Shown here piece after piece: positions 1 through 8,936 of a DNA stretch of 64,000 nucleotides. Position 1 is the stretch's first letter. Every line of letters starts with the position of its first letter. The stretch comes from Tepidisphaera sp. (GTDB lineage Bacteria > Planctomycetota > Phycisphaerae > Phycisphaerales > UBA1924). Position numbers and translations under genes: made by a program. The stretch lies in contig CP051526.1 in assembly GCA_050916045.1 (NCBI GenBank), positions 1,472,001-1,536,000 on the forward strand, written 5' to 3'. The notes beneath the pieces are model-generated. The model was not told where the DNA came from and did not search any database. It saw nothing but the letters and a program-made list of their open reading frames with translations.

Positions 1-247
1 TTTCGTGGCTTTGGCACACGCCGAGGAACGATTGGCGATCGATTCCGCGGACCCGGCGGCGCAGACCGCGCTCGCGGCGGTCGGGAGTTCCGCGATGCAC
101 TGGTTCACGAACGCCGAACGCGTCGAGGTATCCCGGACGTTTGCGGCAAGGATCATCGACCGACTCGGCTCGAGCACCGTCAGTGACCCGGACGTCGGCT
201 ACGCGCTCGCGTCGGCGAGAACGCTCCTGGGATTGCCGCCGAGATGA
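1..247 (+). CDS. 3' end of a gene truncated by the window edge (hypothetical helical protein)
   Basis: Open frame from the window start to TGA at 245-247; Ala/Leu-rich helical sequence; converges on the terminator at 386-427. Confidence 0.5.
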   Translation, partial: FVALAHAEERLAIDSADPAAQTALAAVGSSAMHWFTNAERVEVSRTFAARIIDRLGSSTVSDPDVGYALASARTLLGLPPR

Positions 248-320
248 GCGGGTCGGGGGCGATGCGCGGCTGGAAGGGGATGGATTTGCCGCCGACGCGG
301 CTTCGAGATCACGCGCACGT

Positions 321-385
321 TGGACGAACGAAGCTTGGACGAACGGAGCGTGGACGTATGAAGCTTGGACGAACGGAGCGTGGAC
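321..385. repeat. 15-bp tandem repeat (TGGACGWAYGRAGCK, four copies plus a partial fifth)
   Basis: TGGACGAACGAAGCT / TGGACGAACGGAGCG / TGGACGTATGAAGCT / TGGACGAACGGAGCG / TGGAC, read directly. Confidence 0.9.
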
Positions 386-427
386 AAAAAAAAGACCGGC
401 CCGCCCGCTTGCGCGAACGGGCCGATC
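386..427 (-). terminator. Rho-independent terminator of the 498..4055 gene
   Basis: Minus strand: GATCGGCCCG-TTCGC-GCAA-GCGGG-CGGGCCGGTC hairpin with a GNRA loop, followed by T8. Confidence 0.8.
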
Positions 428-497
428 GTGTTGGCTCAGCCGACGGCCCCCGCCGGCCCCATCCGAGAGGAGTATCCCGCCGGCCGGACGCCTTGGG

Positions 498-3400
498 TTA
501 GCAGCCGGTCTCGAAAGCCAGGACGTACTCGTCGTAGTCGAAGAAGTCGGTGAACTCGTCACCGTTGAAGTCCGCGGTCTTTCCGGGCGGGCAGATGCCG
601 GTCTCAAAGCACGCGACATACTCGTCGTAGTCGAAGAAGTCGAGGAACTGGTCCCCGTTGAAGTCGGCAGGACAGGTGGGGGCGGCAATCCGGCTGAATG
701 ATGCCTGCGGGACAACCTGGTCGACGATGCCGCTCGATGAGACTCGCAGTTGGATGCCACCGCCGTAGCCGCCGTGGTCGGTGTAGTCGACGCGGATGGG
801 ATAGATCCCTGGCGACAGCGTCCGCGAGAAAGTGTGGCTCTGACCAAAGTTGCTCCACACGTTGATGACCTCTTCGCCATTGAACCGAACGATCGCGCCG
901 TCGTCTACAAGCAAGGTAAACGTGTACGTTGCCTCGTCGGGCAGTGCGACCGTCCCTTCAAAGCGGAGTTGCCCCGGATCGCCCGCCAACGGGATGTCGA
1001 TGTTGGGAAGTTGGAAGCGGTCCATCACATGGAACGTACTCAGGTCCACCGCTTCGTTTGTATACACGTACGGCGTCGTATCGTAGTAATCGACGTCGAC
1101 CGGGCCGGCCAAAGCGCTGTCGGGCATGATCTGAAACGGGATCCCGGGGCCTTGCCAGTCCAGCCTCATCACCCGCGGGCCTCCAGCATCCTGCAGGCCG
1201 TAATCAAGCCGAACGTCATGCACGCCCGCGCTCAACTGCACCGGCTCGGCGATGCTGTAAGCGTATCGCTGGAACCGCGAAACCGGGTCGCCGTCGATCC
1301 ACAACGAGCCCCACGTATCAGCCGGGTTGAACCAGAAGCGATATACGCCGGTCGTCGGAATCGTGATCTGCCCGACGGACTTTGCGGCCACGTTGTCGGT
1401 TCGGCCGGTCAGCACCGAGATGTCCTGATTGCCGAACATCTGGAGTGTGGTTCGTTGAGCAGAGAGAAACGGCGTGAGAAGATCGAGTTCGGGCACTCCG
1501 CGCCCATATCGATTGACCGCGATCCCCGGCAGAGGCGCCGGCGTGCCGGGCAAGGGGCGAACGGTCACTCCGACGCTGTCGCTGAAGCCCGCGTAGTTCG
1601 CACGAATCGTGGTGTTGCCGGGTCCAGTTGCCGTAACGACACCTTCGGCGTTTACCGTAGCGATGCTCGGATTGTCACTCGTCCAAGTGACCGAGCTCGT
1701 GACTTGTTGAGATGGAGAAATGACGTAGCTGGCAACCGCGTTCAACGGCGCCGAATTGAACCCCTCCGCAACGGCGACGTTCGTCTGCGCAATATCAACC
1801 CCCGTCACACCGTCAACGACAAGCTGAACTGCGTTCGACAGGTACCTCGCAACGAAGGCCTTGCCGCCGCCCAGATCGGTGCCGGTGATGCTGGCGAACT
1901 GGCCGCTGACGCTCCCGGCGGTCAGGACATCGAACGTCTGACCGATGGTCGGAGCAAAGCCATTAACGAGGGAGAGGGCGAGCGTGCCGTTGAGAGACGC
2001 GCCGTTCGCAACGGTGAGCCTGTCATGCTGAGTCCCAGCGGCAGTGCCGCCGATCTGAATCTCCAGGCGTCCGCCGGTCGAGATACCGGTCAGGCCAAGG
2101 GTACCGATAGGAAGACCGGGCTGGATCGTTCCAGACACGGATACGAATCCGTCGACGGTTCCCGAGCCTCGAAGGACTCCGTTATTGTTGACCGGCATGT
2201 AGTCGAGGCAGAATGCGGTTCCGCCGTTCAGTGTGAGGATGCCCAGGTCAGGAACTGGTTGATTGCCGCCGAGATCGATGCGACCCGTCGCGAAGATGTA
2301 GGATCCATCGCCGACGACGATCTCCGCAGGCTTGGATTGGGTGCCGCGAATCGCGATGCCGCCACCCGCCTCGACGAACCCGCCGGAGTTGACCGTGAGA
2401 GTGGAACCCTCGTAAACCTCAACCCAATCGGTGGTAAACACCATGGAGTCGCCGGTCACGGTCGCGGCCGCCGTCGAACCGTTGCCCGCGTTCATCCAGA
2501 GTGAGCCGAGTGTTGCGGTGGCGCCGTTCGTGAGGTTGAAGGTGCCGGTGGTGTTGCCGTTTCCTCCGATGTGGAGGCGGTATGGTGATACAAACGCGGA
2601 GTCTGTTCCGCTGACCGTGAGCGATCCCGTGCCCTGGTCGCCAACAAAGGCGTTGTTGCGGACGGTGAACTTGCCTCCCTGATCCACAAGTCCGGTCGAG
2701 CCACTGCGGAAGTAGGTCGCACCGCCTGTATTCGGGTAATCTCCACACACGAGCTCCGAATCGGTCCCTCGAACCAGCACTGACTTGGGAGTTGGCGTCG
2801 TGCAACACCCCATGAGAAACTGACTGAGTACCGTCATATTGGCACCGTTGAGCACTTGCAGCTCACTGCTCCCCCGCGCCGACTCGAAGTCGTTCAGCAG
2901 AACGCTCGATCCCGATCCGGAAACCGTAAGGGCTGTACTCGACAACTCGGTTTCGGACATGAGGAACCAAGTGCCGCCGAAGTGTGCTCCGGCTTCAACA
3001 CGAACCGATGTACTTCCTTCCGTGCAAGCGAACCGACCGCCGCCGCCAGTTGCGAAGTTAAGTTGCGATCCCTCGCCCGTCACGACGATGGTACGAACCG
3101 TGCCGGAAACCCAGGACGACATGTCGCCGCTGACATTGACGCGGCCGCCACCCGCGATACTGATGGTGCCTTGCCCGCCGCCGTAGGATTGCAGCGATCC
3201 TGCTGAGAGTGTTGTGCCCAAGCCGCTCACCGTCAGCGATGCGACATTGGCCGCGTTGTCTCCGCCGGGAACGCTCAGCTGACCGGTCACCGTTGCGGTC
3301 GCCCCTCCTTCCACGCGAACGTCCGCTGTTCCGCCGGCGAGTGCCGCGCGAAGAGTCGGCGTTGTCATCGTCGCCCCGTCAAGCAGGCGCAGTATCCCTG

Positions 3401-4055
3401 TGCCCGCTCGACCAACCCACGTTTCATTCTGGACTTGGGTCAGAGACGACCCAACGCCCGTGATCGTCAAAGTACCGACCGAGCCGACGTTATTGCCGAG
3501 TGTCGGACTCCAATCGGTAGAGACCGAAACATCGCCTCCGCCTTGGACCGTCACCGTTCCTGTGCCGCTGAAGCCAATATCGCAAAGCCCGTTCAGCACG
3601 CCGCCATCCACGATCAGCGTCCCCGTCTGTCCCGCGTTGTTTCCGACGTAGAGCCTTCCCCCGCCCGCCCGCGTGTTCAGCGTGCCGTTGGTCAACGTTA
3701 GAAGCGGCCCGTTCGTCCCGCCGATGAGCGTGTCTCCCGTCACGTTGTACGTGAACCCGCCGAGGTTGAATGTCGGCCGCATGTTGCTGACCGTCAGCCC
3801 CGCCGTCGTCGTGTTGCCCGTGAACGTCACCGTGAACGGGCTCACGCTCGAGTTCAGCCCAAAGGCCGCGGGGTTGCCCGCTCCCGGCGCGACGTTGCCC
3901 ACCCAGTTCGTCCCCGTGCTGAAGGTCCCGTTCGCCGCCGTCCGCCACGTCCTGGTCTGGGCGAACGCCTCGCCGACCCCAACCCCGCCCAGACCCGCCG
4001 TCAAGCCGACCGCCATCCCCGCCGTACCCATCAACGACGCCGCTCTCGTGCGCAT
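498..4055 (-). CDS. Large secreted/surface protein: beta-helix (T5SS/PEP-CTERM-associated-like) repeats, Big_2 Ig-like domain, two PA14-like domains, C-terminal GC-type dockerin-like domain
   Basis: GAGGAG RBS before ATG 4055; signal peptide ending EAFA/Q; repeated VG..GTGTLTxxGxGS motifs; VTWTSDNPSIATVNAEGVVTA (Big_2); YTFTLLVDDGAIVRFNG (PA14-like); CPADFNGDQFLDFFDYD...DFNGDEFTDFFDYD...ETGC tail. Confidence 0.85.
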   Translation of the reverse strand: MRTRAASLMGTAGMAVGLTAGLGGVGVGEAFAQTRTWRTAANGTFSTGTNWVGNVAPGAGNPAAFGLNSSVSPFTVTFTGNTTTAGLTVSNMRPTFNLGGFTYNVTGDTLIGGTNGPLLTLTNGTLNTRAGGGRLYVGNNAGQTGTLIVDGGVLNGLCDIGFSGTGTVTVQGGGDVSVSTDWSPTLGNNVGSVGTLTITGVGSSLTQVQNETWVGRAGTGILRLLDGATMTTPTLRAALAGGTADVRVEGGATATVTGQLSVPGGDNAANVASLTVSGLGTTLSAGSLQSYGGGQGTISIAGGGRVNVSGDMSSWVSGTVRTIVVTGEGSQLNFATGGGGRFACTEGSTSVRVEAGAHFGGTWFLMSETELSSTALTVSGSGSSVLLNDFESARGSSELQVLNGANMTVLSQFLMGCCTTPTPKSVLVRGTDSELVCGDYPNTGGATYFRSGSTGLVDQGGKFTVRNNAFVGDQGTGSLTVSGTDSAFVSPYRLHIGGNGNTTGTFNLTNGATATLGSLWMNAGNGSTAAATVTGDSMVFTTDWVEVYEGSTLTVNSGGFVEAGGGIAIRGTQSKPAEIVVGDGSYIFATGRIDLGGNQPVPDLGILTLNGGTAFCLDYMPVNNNGVLRGSGTVDGFVSVSGTIQPGLPIGTLGLTGISTGGRLEIQIGGTAAGTQHDRLTVANGASLNGTLALSLVNGFAPTIGQTFDVLTAGSVSGQFASITGTDLGGGKAFVARYLSNAVQLVVDGVTGVDIAQTNVAVAEGFNSAPLNAVASYVISPSQQVTSSVTWTSDNPSIATVNAEGVVTATGPGNTTIRANYAGFSDSVGVTVRPLPGTPAPLPGIAVNRYGRGVPELDLLTPFLSAQRTTLQMFGNQDISVLTGRTDNVAAKSVGQITIPTTGVYRFWFNPADTWGSLWIDGDPVSRFQRYAYSIAEPVQLSAGVHDVRLDYGLQDAGGPRVMRLDWQGPGIPFQIMPDSALAGPVDVDYYDTTPYVYTNEAVDLSTFHVMDRFQLPNIDIPLAGDPGQLRFEGTVALPDEATYTFTLLVDDGAIVRFNGEEVINVWSNFGQSHTFSRTLSPGIYPIRVDYTDHGGYGGGIQLRVSSSGIVDQVVPQASFSRIAAPTCPADFNGDQFLDFFDYDEYVACFETGICPPGKTADFNGDEFTDFFDYDEYVLAFETGC

Positions 4056-4461
4056 GCGACACTCCTCACGGAGGGACCGTGCGTACCACGTCTTGCTTGG
4101 GGCCAACACAGCCCTGCACCAGACCTTCTTCGCAGCGACCCTCCGTCCCCCACGCGCAAACCGTGGAGCCGGACCTTGGCGAATCTTCAAAATTTTTTTG
4201 GAGGTGGAAAGGAGACCCCTTCGGGAACGGCTTCCTCTCCGGCACGGGGATCATCGCATCGAGCAGCCGGGCCCTTGGTTCTACTGGGGTATACGCGAAG
4301 AGCGAGCCCCCCAACCCCGAGAGGACGAAGACATCCGTGCCACCCGCCTTGACCGCTCGATGTTCGCCAAATCGTTGGTGGTCCAAGCCGGCGAAGCGGG
4401 GTTCGCGATGATCTGCCCGACGCTGCTGTTGGGGAAGTGTCCCGGCGAGTGGCCGTCCATC

Positions 4462-4601
4462 GGCGAGTGGCACGACCGACAAATGCCACGATGATCCTGC
4501 TTCGGGATGGTCGTGGAATGGCGTCCCCGTCGGAAGCGACTCTCCATCCCCGAAGTGAGACCAACCACGACCATCCGGAGGACCGGATGATCGTGGCACC
4601 C
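4462..4601 (+). repeat. Repeat module A, copy 1 (about 140-bp hairpin-forming element)
   Basis: Direct repeat of 5477-5615; 4553-4601 is identical to 5567-5615; starts GGCGAGTGGCAC and ends GATCGTGGCACCC. Confidence 0.9.
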
Positions 4602-4710
4602 TGCCTTCGGTTAGACTGGGCGGAACGCTAACGAGGGACACCCGCTCAACCAGACAGGAGAATCACCGTCGTGCCACCCGCCCACCCGCTTGAATGACTA
4701 AGGTGGAGAC

Positions 4711-5331
4711 ATGACGAGGCGAAAGCACGCCGAAGCCCTTCCGTTCTACTGGTTCAGTTCGGGTAGCACTCGGACAGTGCGAAGAATGGTCATTTCTGCT
4801 CGTGAGGATGATTCACTAACGCAGTTTTTCTGGGGCTTATACGACACCTACGTGAGTACCGGTCAGGTCTCGTTCCCCGCGGCATCCGCCCGCCCGACGT
4901 TCGATCTCTTCGCCGACAGCGATCAGTACATCGAAGACATGCCGTGGTTCACGAGTGGGGAGCTCGTGTCGAGTCGACTCAGAGACTTGCTGATGCGCCT
5001 AGAACCCGATCGGTTCTTCGTCTGCGACACTCGTATCCTCTACCAAGATTCGATCTGGTTGGATCGCGGGCAGTACTTCATGGTGTTCGCCACGAACGTC
5101 GTCAAGTGTCACGATCAGGCTCGTACCACATGGAGACGCGGGATCAAACGACATTTGGCCGACAAGTTCTTCCTTGACCCCGAACAAGTTCCTTCAGATA
5201 CGCATCTCTTCCGAGCGTTCGGGCGTGAGTCAAAGACCATCATTTCTCACAAGGTCCGTGAGGAGATGGATTCTGCCGGAATGAAGGGCTGTTGCTACTT
5301 CCCGCCCGACGATCTTGTTCCATTGTGGTAG
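4711..5331 (+). CDS. Imm11/DUF1629-like immunity-family protein
   Basis: GGTGGAG RBS; LVSSRLRDLL...YFMVFATNVVKCHD...FFLDPEQVP...HLFR...IISHKVREEMDSAGMKGCCY pattern resembles Imm11/DUF1629; visibly more AT-rich than housekeeping genes. Confidence 0.65.
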   Translation: MTRRKHAEALPFYWFSSGSTRTVRRMVISAREDDSLTQFFWGLYDTYVSTGQVSFPAASARPTFDLFADSDQYIEDMPWFTSGELVSSRLRDLLMRLEPDRFFVCDTRILYQDSIWLDRGQYFMVFATNVVKCHDQARTTWRRGIKRHLADKFFLDPEQVPSDTHLFRAFGRESKTIISHKVREEMDSAGMKGCCYFPPDDLVPLW

Positions 5332-5476
5332 GTGCGGAATTCAGTATGCGGCGGATGGCACCGAACTCCGGAAGTGACCACAACCCGTGGCATCGGAGTC
5401 GCTTCGACTTCGATGCTCTTGGCACGACGAGCGTCCCACCATCGAAGTCATCCCAAGAGGCTGATTTCGACGGCAC

Positions 5477-5615
5477 GGCGCGTGGCACGACCGATGCGTG
5501 CCACGATCATCCCGTTTCGGGATGGTCGTGGGGGGCGTTCCTGCCGGAGCAGACTCTCCATCTTCCAAGTGAGACCAACCACGACCATCCGGAGGACCGG
5601 ATGATCGTGGCACCC
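5477..5615 (+). repeat. Repeat module A, copy 2
   Basis: Direct repeat of 4462-4601; GTGCCACGATCATCC (5498-5512) pairs perfectly with GGATGATCGTGGCAC (5599-5613), with an inner GGATGGTCGTGG/CCACGACCATCC stem. Confidence 0.9.
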
Positions 5616-5676
5616 GGCGGTTGGCACTACCGAGTCCAGCTCCAGCGGGCGTCCGCGGAAGGGACGCGGCGTCGAA
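5615..5676 (+). repeat. Repeat module C, copy 1
   Basis: CGGCGGTTGGC..ACCGAG.CCAGCTCCAGCGGGCGTCCG...AGGGACGCGG.GTCGAA, shared with 8858-8918. Confidence 0.85.
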
Positions 5677-5720
5677 TGCATGGCATGCGCGGATGCCACC
5701 ATCCCTCCGCTTCGGAGCGT

Positions 5721-5809
5721 GGTGGCACCCGAGGTTCCCTGTATACTGCGAGCGGGACGCGTTGTTCGGAGGTTCTGCGGAGGAACGACGATGGGGAGTG
5801 CCACCCGCC
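5721..5809 (+). repeat. Repeat module B, copy 1 (89 bp)
   Basis: GGTGGCACCCGAGGTTCCC.GTATACTG.GAG...CGATGGG.AGTGCCACCCGCC; same length and similar sequence at 7686-7774 and 8937-9025. Confidence 0.9.
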
Positions 5810-5845
5810 TGTCCCACCTCTTGGCTCTTGGTTTGGAGAAGTACC

Positions 5846-7510
5846 GTGATCACATCCTCCAGGAACATTCAGTCGTTCGCGCTGGCGCTGGCCTTGGTCG
5901 CGCCGGTGTGCTCGTCGCAGGGAACCGGCGATGAGCCCAAGGTCGGTGAGGTCACCGCACACTCCGAGGGGCTGCACGGGTACATCGGGTTCAGCGCGCC
6001 CCCGCCGCCCAAGGACTCTGAGTTTGGCGCGGGGATGGGGTTTTATTCCGCGGTCTGGCCGATGCTCGATCGGCCCATCGCCAACCTGCAGATCGGGCTC
6101 GCGAGCGCGTGGATCCAGCCCAACAACAGCGACAACAAGGATCGGCCGCTCGCGCCCGTGGGCACGCTCGCGCGGACCTGGCCGGAGCGCGGGCCGACGT
6201 GGGACAGCGTTTTCCAGACCGTCGAGGGCGGGCTTGGCTACTGGGCCCGCAATCACTTCCGGTATGGCCCGCCCAAGTTCAGCATGAACGCGACGCCGCA
6301 GTGTTATGACTACGAAGTCGGCTCTCCGGGCTGGTCGTTTTTCTACGACGACCAGGCGCTGCCGGACCATCGCTTGGGCATCGCGCAGCTGAGCAACCGG
6401 CTGTTGATCCCGCCCGATGCGCTCCCCTTTGCTGGCAACCCCAACGGCGAGTTCCTCGGCTACGCCTGGATGGCTTTGCCCTTCACCGATCCCGTCCCGG
6501 CGGCGGACGGAGCCGCGCCGACCGGCGACCAGAGCTGGACCTGCTTCCTGAACGCCTCGAACTTCAAGGGCCCCATCGCGTTCTACATCCCCGAGACCTG
6601 GAGCAAGATCGGAACGCTCTTCAAGGAGCCGTTCTTGCACGGACGCGGGCTGGATGCGCGGGCGGGTACGATGGGCGGCGGCGCGATGGAGATCAACACC
6701 GTGCCGCGGCTCGACGGCACCGACGCCAAGGGCGTGCGCTATTCCAAGATTCCCAGGCTCCAGTTCCCGCTCAATGACAAGGGCGAGTCGATCCTCGTGC
6801 AGGACGTGAAGTACTACTCCAAAGCAGCGCTCTTCGACGCGGTCAAGGCGTGGCGCGATGGCGGGGCGGCGAGTTCGGGGCGGTTTGACGAGAAGGGTGC
6901 CTGGACGTCCACGCTGCGGGCGGAGCCGACGCGGTACCGCCAGGACGGGAAGGTGATGACCGGCATCGACGCGGTGGTGGTCAGCCAGACCTTCGAAGGC
7001 AACGTGTGGGGCGTCGCGTGGCCGGGGAGCACAATCAGCCCCAGGGGTGCCTTCCCGCAGTACTTCAAGCACATCGGCGACGAGCGCGTCGCGATCGCGG
7101 CGGCGGATGTGCCGCCCGAGACGGGACTCCTCAAGGAGGAGTTCGCGCTCGCCGAGCACGGCGCACCCTACACCTCGCCCGCGCACCCGACGCCCACTCC
7201 CGGCGCGTGGACCAAGCCGGGCCCGAAGCCCGGCGTGTTTACCGCAAAGCTGGTGGACGGCTCGACCGTGACGTACGCGTGGTATCGCTTCGTCGATCAG
7301 CCATCGCTCCAGCAGTACGCGTGGAGCCAAGAGAAGAAGGCCAAGGTACAGTCGCTGGTCGAGAAGATGCACCGGGCTTGGCCGATCGACGGGGAGTACA
7401 TGGCGCCGCCCACCCGCGGCACGCTCGTCACGCTCGACCCGGCCTTGCTGGTGACGCCGCCCGCTGGCATGGAGGTCGGCTACGTGCCGATCGTGATCGG
7501 GCAGCGGTGA
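5846..7510 (+). CDS. Secreted protein of unknown function; paralog of the C-terminal domain of 52479..55067
   Basis: GGAG RBS before GTG 5846; hydrophobic N-terminal signal; shares EGGLGxW, PTGDQxWTxFLN, WYRFxDQP and LDPALxVTPPxGxExGYVPI with the 52479 protein. Confidence 0.8.
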   Translation: MITSSRNIQSFALALALVAPVCSSQGTGDEPKVGEVTAHSEGLHGYIGFSAPPPPKDSEFGAGMGFYSAVWPMLDRPIANLQIGLASAWIQPNNSDNKDRPLAPVGTLARTWPERGPTWDSVFQTVEGGLGYWARNHFRYGPPKFSMNATPQCYDYEVGSPGWSFFYDDQALPDHRLGIAQLSNRLLIPPDALPFAGNPNGEFLGYAWMALPFTDPVPAADGAAPTGDQSWTCFLNASNFKGPIAFYIPETWSKIGTLFKEPFLHGRGLDARAGTMGGGAMEINTVPRLDGTDAKGVRYSKIPRLQFPLNDKGESILVQDVKYYSKAALFDAVKAWRDGGAASSGRFDEKGAWTSTLRAEPTRYRQDGKVMTGIDAVVVSQTFEGNVWGVAWPGSTISPRGAFPQYFKHIGDERVAIAAADVPPETGLLKEEFALAEHGAPYTSPAHPTPTPGAWTKPGPKPGVFTAKLVDGSTVTYAWYRFVDQPSLQQYAWSQEKKAKVQSLVEKMHRAWPIDGEYMAPPTRGTLVTLDPALLVTPPAGMEVGYVPIVIGQR

Positions 7511-7532
7511 GGGAAGGCACCCGGCTCGCGCC

Positions 7533-7601
7533 GGGCGGCACCGATCGTGAGATGAATCCGAGGCGTGCCACCGATCGCCGGTTCCTGCGGGCGGGTGGCA
7601 C
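7533..7601 (+). repeat. Repeat module D, copy 1 (post-stop element)
   Basis: GGCACCGATCGTGAGATGA.TCCG..GCGTGCCACCGATCGCCGGTTCCT shared with 10232-10288; followed by GGCGGGTGGCAC at 7590-7601. Confidence 0.85.
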
Positions 7602-7685
7602 GACTGCTGTATCCGTCGGGGGCGATGAGTCACAAAGCCCAACTTCGATCTCGGGGGAAGCAAGGTCGTGGCACCCGGCAGGGGA

Positions 7686-7774
7686 GGTGGCACCCGAGGT
7701 TCCCGGTATACTGGGAGGGAGACGTGCGGTTCGGAGGCTTGACGGAGCAACGTCGATGGGGAGGGTCACCCGCC
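7686..7774 (+). repeat. Repeat module B, copy 2 (89 bp)
   Basis: Aligns without gaps to 5721-5809 and 8937-9025. Confidence 0.9.
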
Positions 7775-7805
7775 AATCACGACCGGTTACCCTGAGGGAG
7801 TGCGA

Positions 7806-8180
7806 ATGCAAACCGATGACAGAATCGCTGCTTCACTCTGGGAACTGGTAGAGATGTGCGAAAGCACAGAATCCTCTCCGCACGGAAGATCTCTCCAAGG
7901 AGTCTTGGCCTCAGATCTGCCCGAAGCCGCGATCGAGTCTCTCGAACGATTGATCGACTCAAGCGGGTCGGATCAGCTCTTTCGACTGCTTGTGCGCCAT
8001 GTGCTATCAGTCTATTTGACGCGACTTGCGGTAGCGATTGACGAGCGGCGCGTATTGGGGAGCGGTACCTTGCACATCGGAGTCACGGGTCCTGGCGACG
8101 AGCAATCGCGTTGTCCGTCGACCGGATCGCTCCATGAGGCGGTCGTTTGGCTTGCCGCTTCTCGCGGTATCGATTTTTAG
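7806..8180 (+). CDS. Small hypothetical protein (cassette-like gene)
   Basis: GAGGGAG RBS before ATG 7806; fills the space between module B and module D; more AT-rich than host genes. Confidence 0.6.
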   Translation: MQTDDRIAASLWELVEMCESTESSPHGRSLQGVLASDLPEAAIESLERLIDSSGSDQLFRLLVRHVLSVYLTRLAVAIDERRVLGSGTLHIGVTGPGDEQSRCPSTGSLHEAVVWLAASRGIDF

Positions 8181-8188
8181 GCAGGCCG

Positions 8189-8245
8189 ACGGGTGGCACC
8201 GATCGCGGGCTGTGACTCGTGCCACCGATCGGCGGGTGGCACCCG
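8189..8245 (+). repeat. Repeat module D, short variant
   Basis: ACGGGTGGCACCGATCG...CGTGCCACCGATCGGCGGGTGGCACCC, starting 8 bp after the TAG at 8180. Confidence 0.8.
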
Positions 8246-8325
8246 GCTAGACTGGCTCCGATGCCGGAGCACGAGACGATCAGCCCGAATGTCGAACGCC
8301 TTCGCCCCCACACCCTCACTCGAGC

Positions 8326-8826
8326 ATGCTCATGAACACCGATCCGTCCTCGAAGCGTTCCCGCGGCTGGCAGGCCGTCGGACTCATGGGCTGGTTGGTG
8401 TTCTGCTTTGCGGCGGCGGGATCGGCGTCCTTTGTTTCGACGGACGGGTGGTTCGTCGAACTCCGAAAGCCATCGTGGAACCCGCCTTCATGGCTGTTCG
8501 GCCCGGTCTGGACGTTGCTGTACGCGATGATGTCCGTCGCGGCGTGGCTGGTCTGGAAGCGGGGCGGGTGGAAGGTGCAAGGGCGGGCGCTGGGCGTCTT
8601 CTGCGTGCAATGGCTCTTCAACGCGTTGTGGACGCCCCTGTTCTTCGGTGCTCATCTCCCCGGGTGGGCGTTCCTCGACATCGTGCTTTTGTGGCTGTCG
8701 CTGGCCGCGACGGTCGTGCTCTTCTGGCGAGTGGACCGGCTGGCGGGGGCGCTGTTGATCCCGTACCTGGCATGGGTCACGTTCGCAGCGGCTCTCAATC
8801 TGACGATCTGGCGGATGAATGTGTGA
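8326..8826 (+). CDS. tspO: TspO/MBR tryptophan-rich sensory protein
   Basis: WFVELRKPSWNPPSWLFGPVWTLLY, NALWTPLFFG and LIPYLAWVTFAAALN are hallmark TspO motifs. Confidence 0.95.
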   Translation: MLMNTDPSSKRSRGWQAVGLMGWLVFCFAAAGSASFVSTDGWFVELRKPSWNPPSWLFGPVWTLLYAMMSVAAWLVWKRGGWKVQGRALGVFCVQWLFNALWTPLFFGAHLPGWAFLDIVLLWLSLAATVVLFWRVDRLAGALLIPYLAWVTFAAALNLTIWRMNV

Positions 8827-8857
8827 GCTCGAGAGCGGGCACGCTCGTGCGGAACAT

Positions 8858-8918
8858 CGGCGGTTGGCGCGACCGAGCCAGCTCCAGCGGGCGTCCGGGG
8901 GAGGGACGCGGTGTCGAA
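8858..8918 (+). repeat. Repeat module C, copy 2
   Basis: Near-identical to 5615-5676. Confidence 0.85.
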
Positions 8919-8936
8919 CGAAGGGGATGCAGGGGT

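Noticed and set aside
5627..7750. 707-aa minus-strand ORF
   Set aside because: Shadow of 5846..7510 running through repeat modules.
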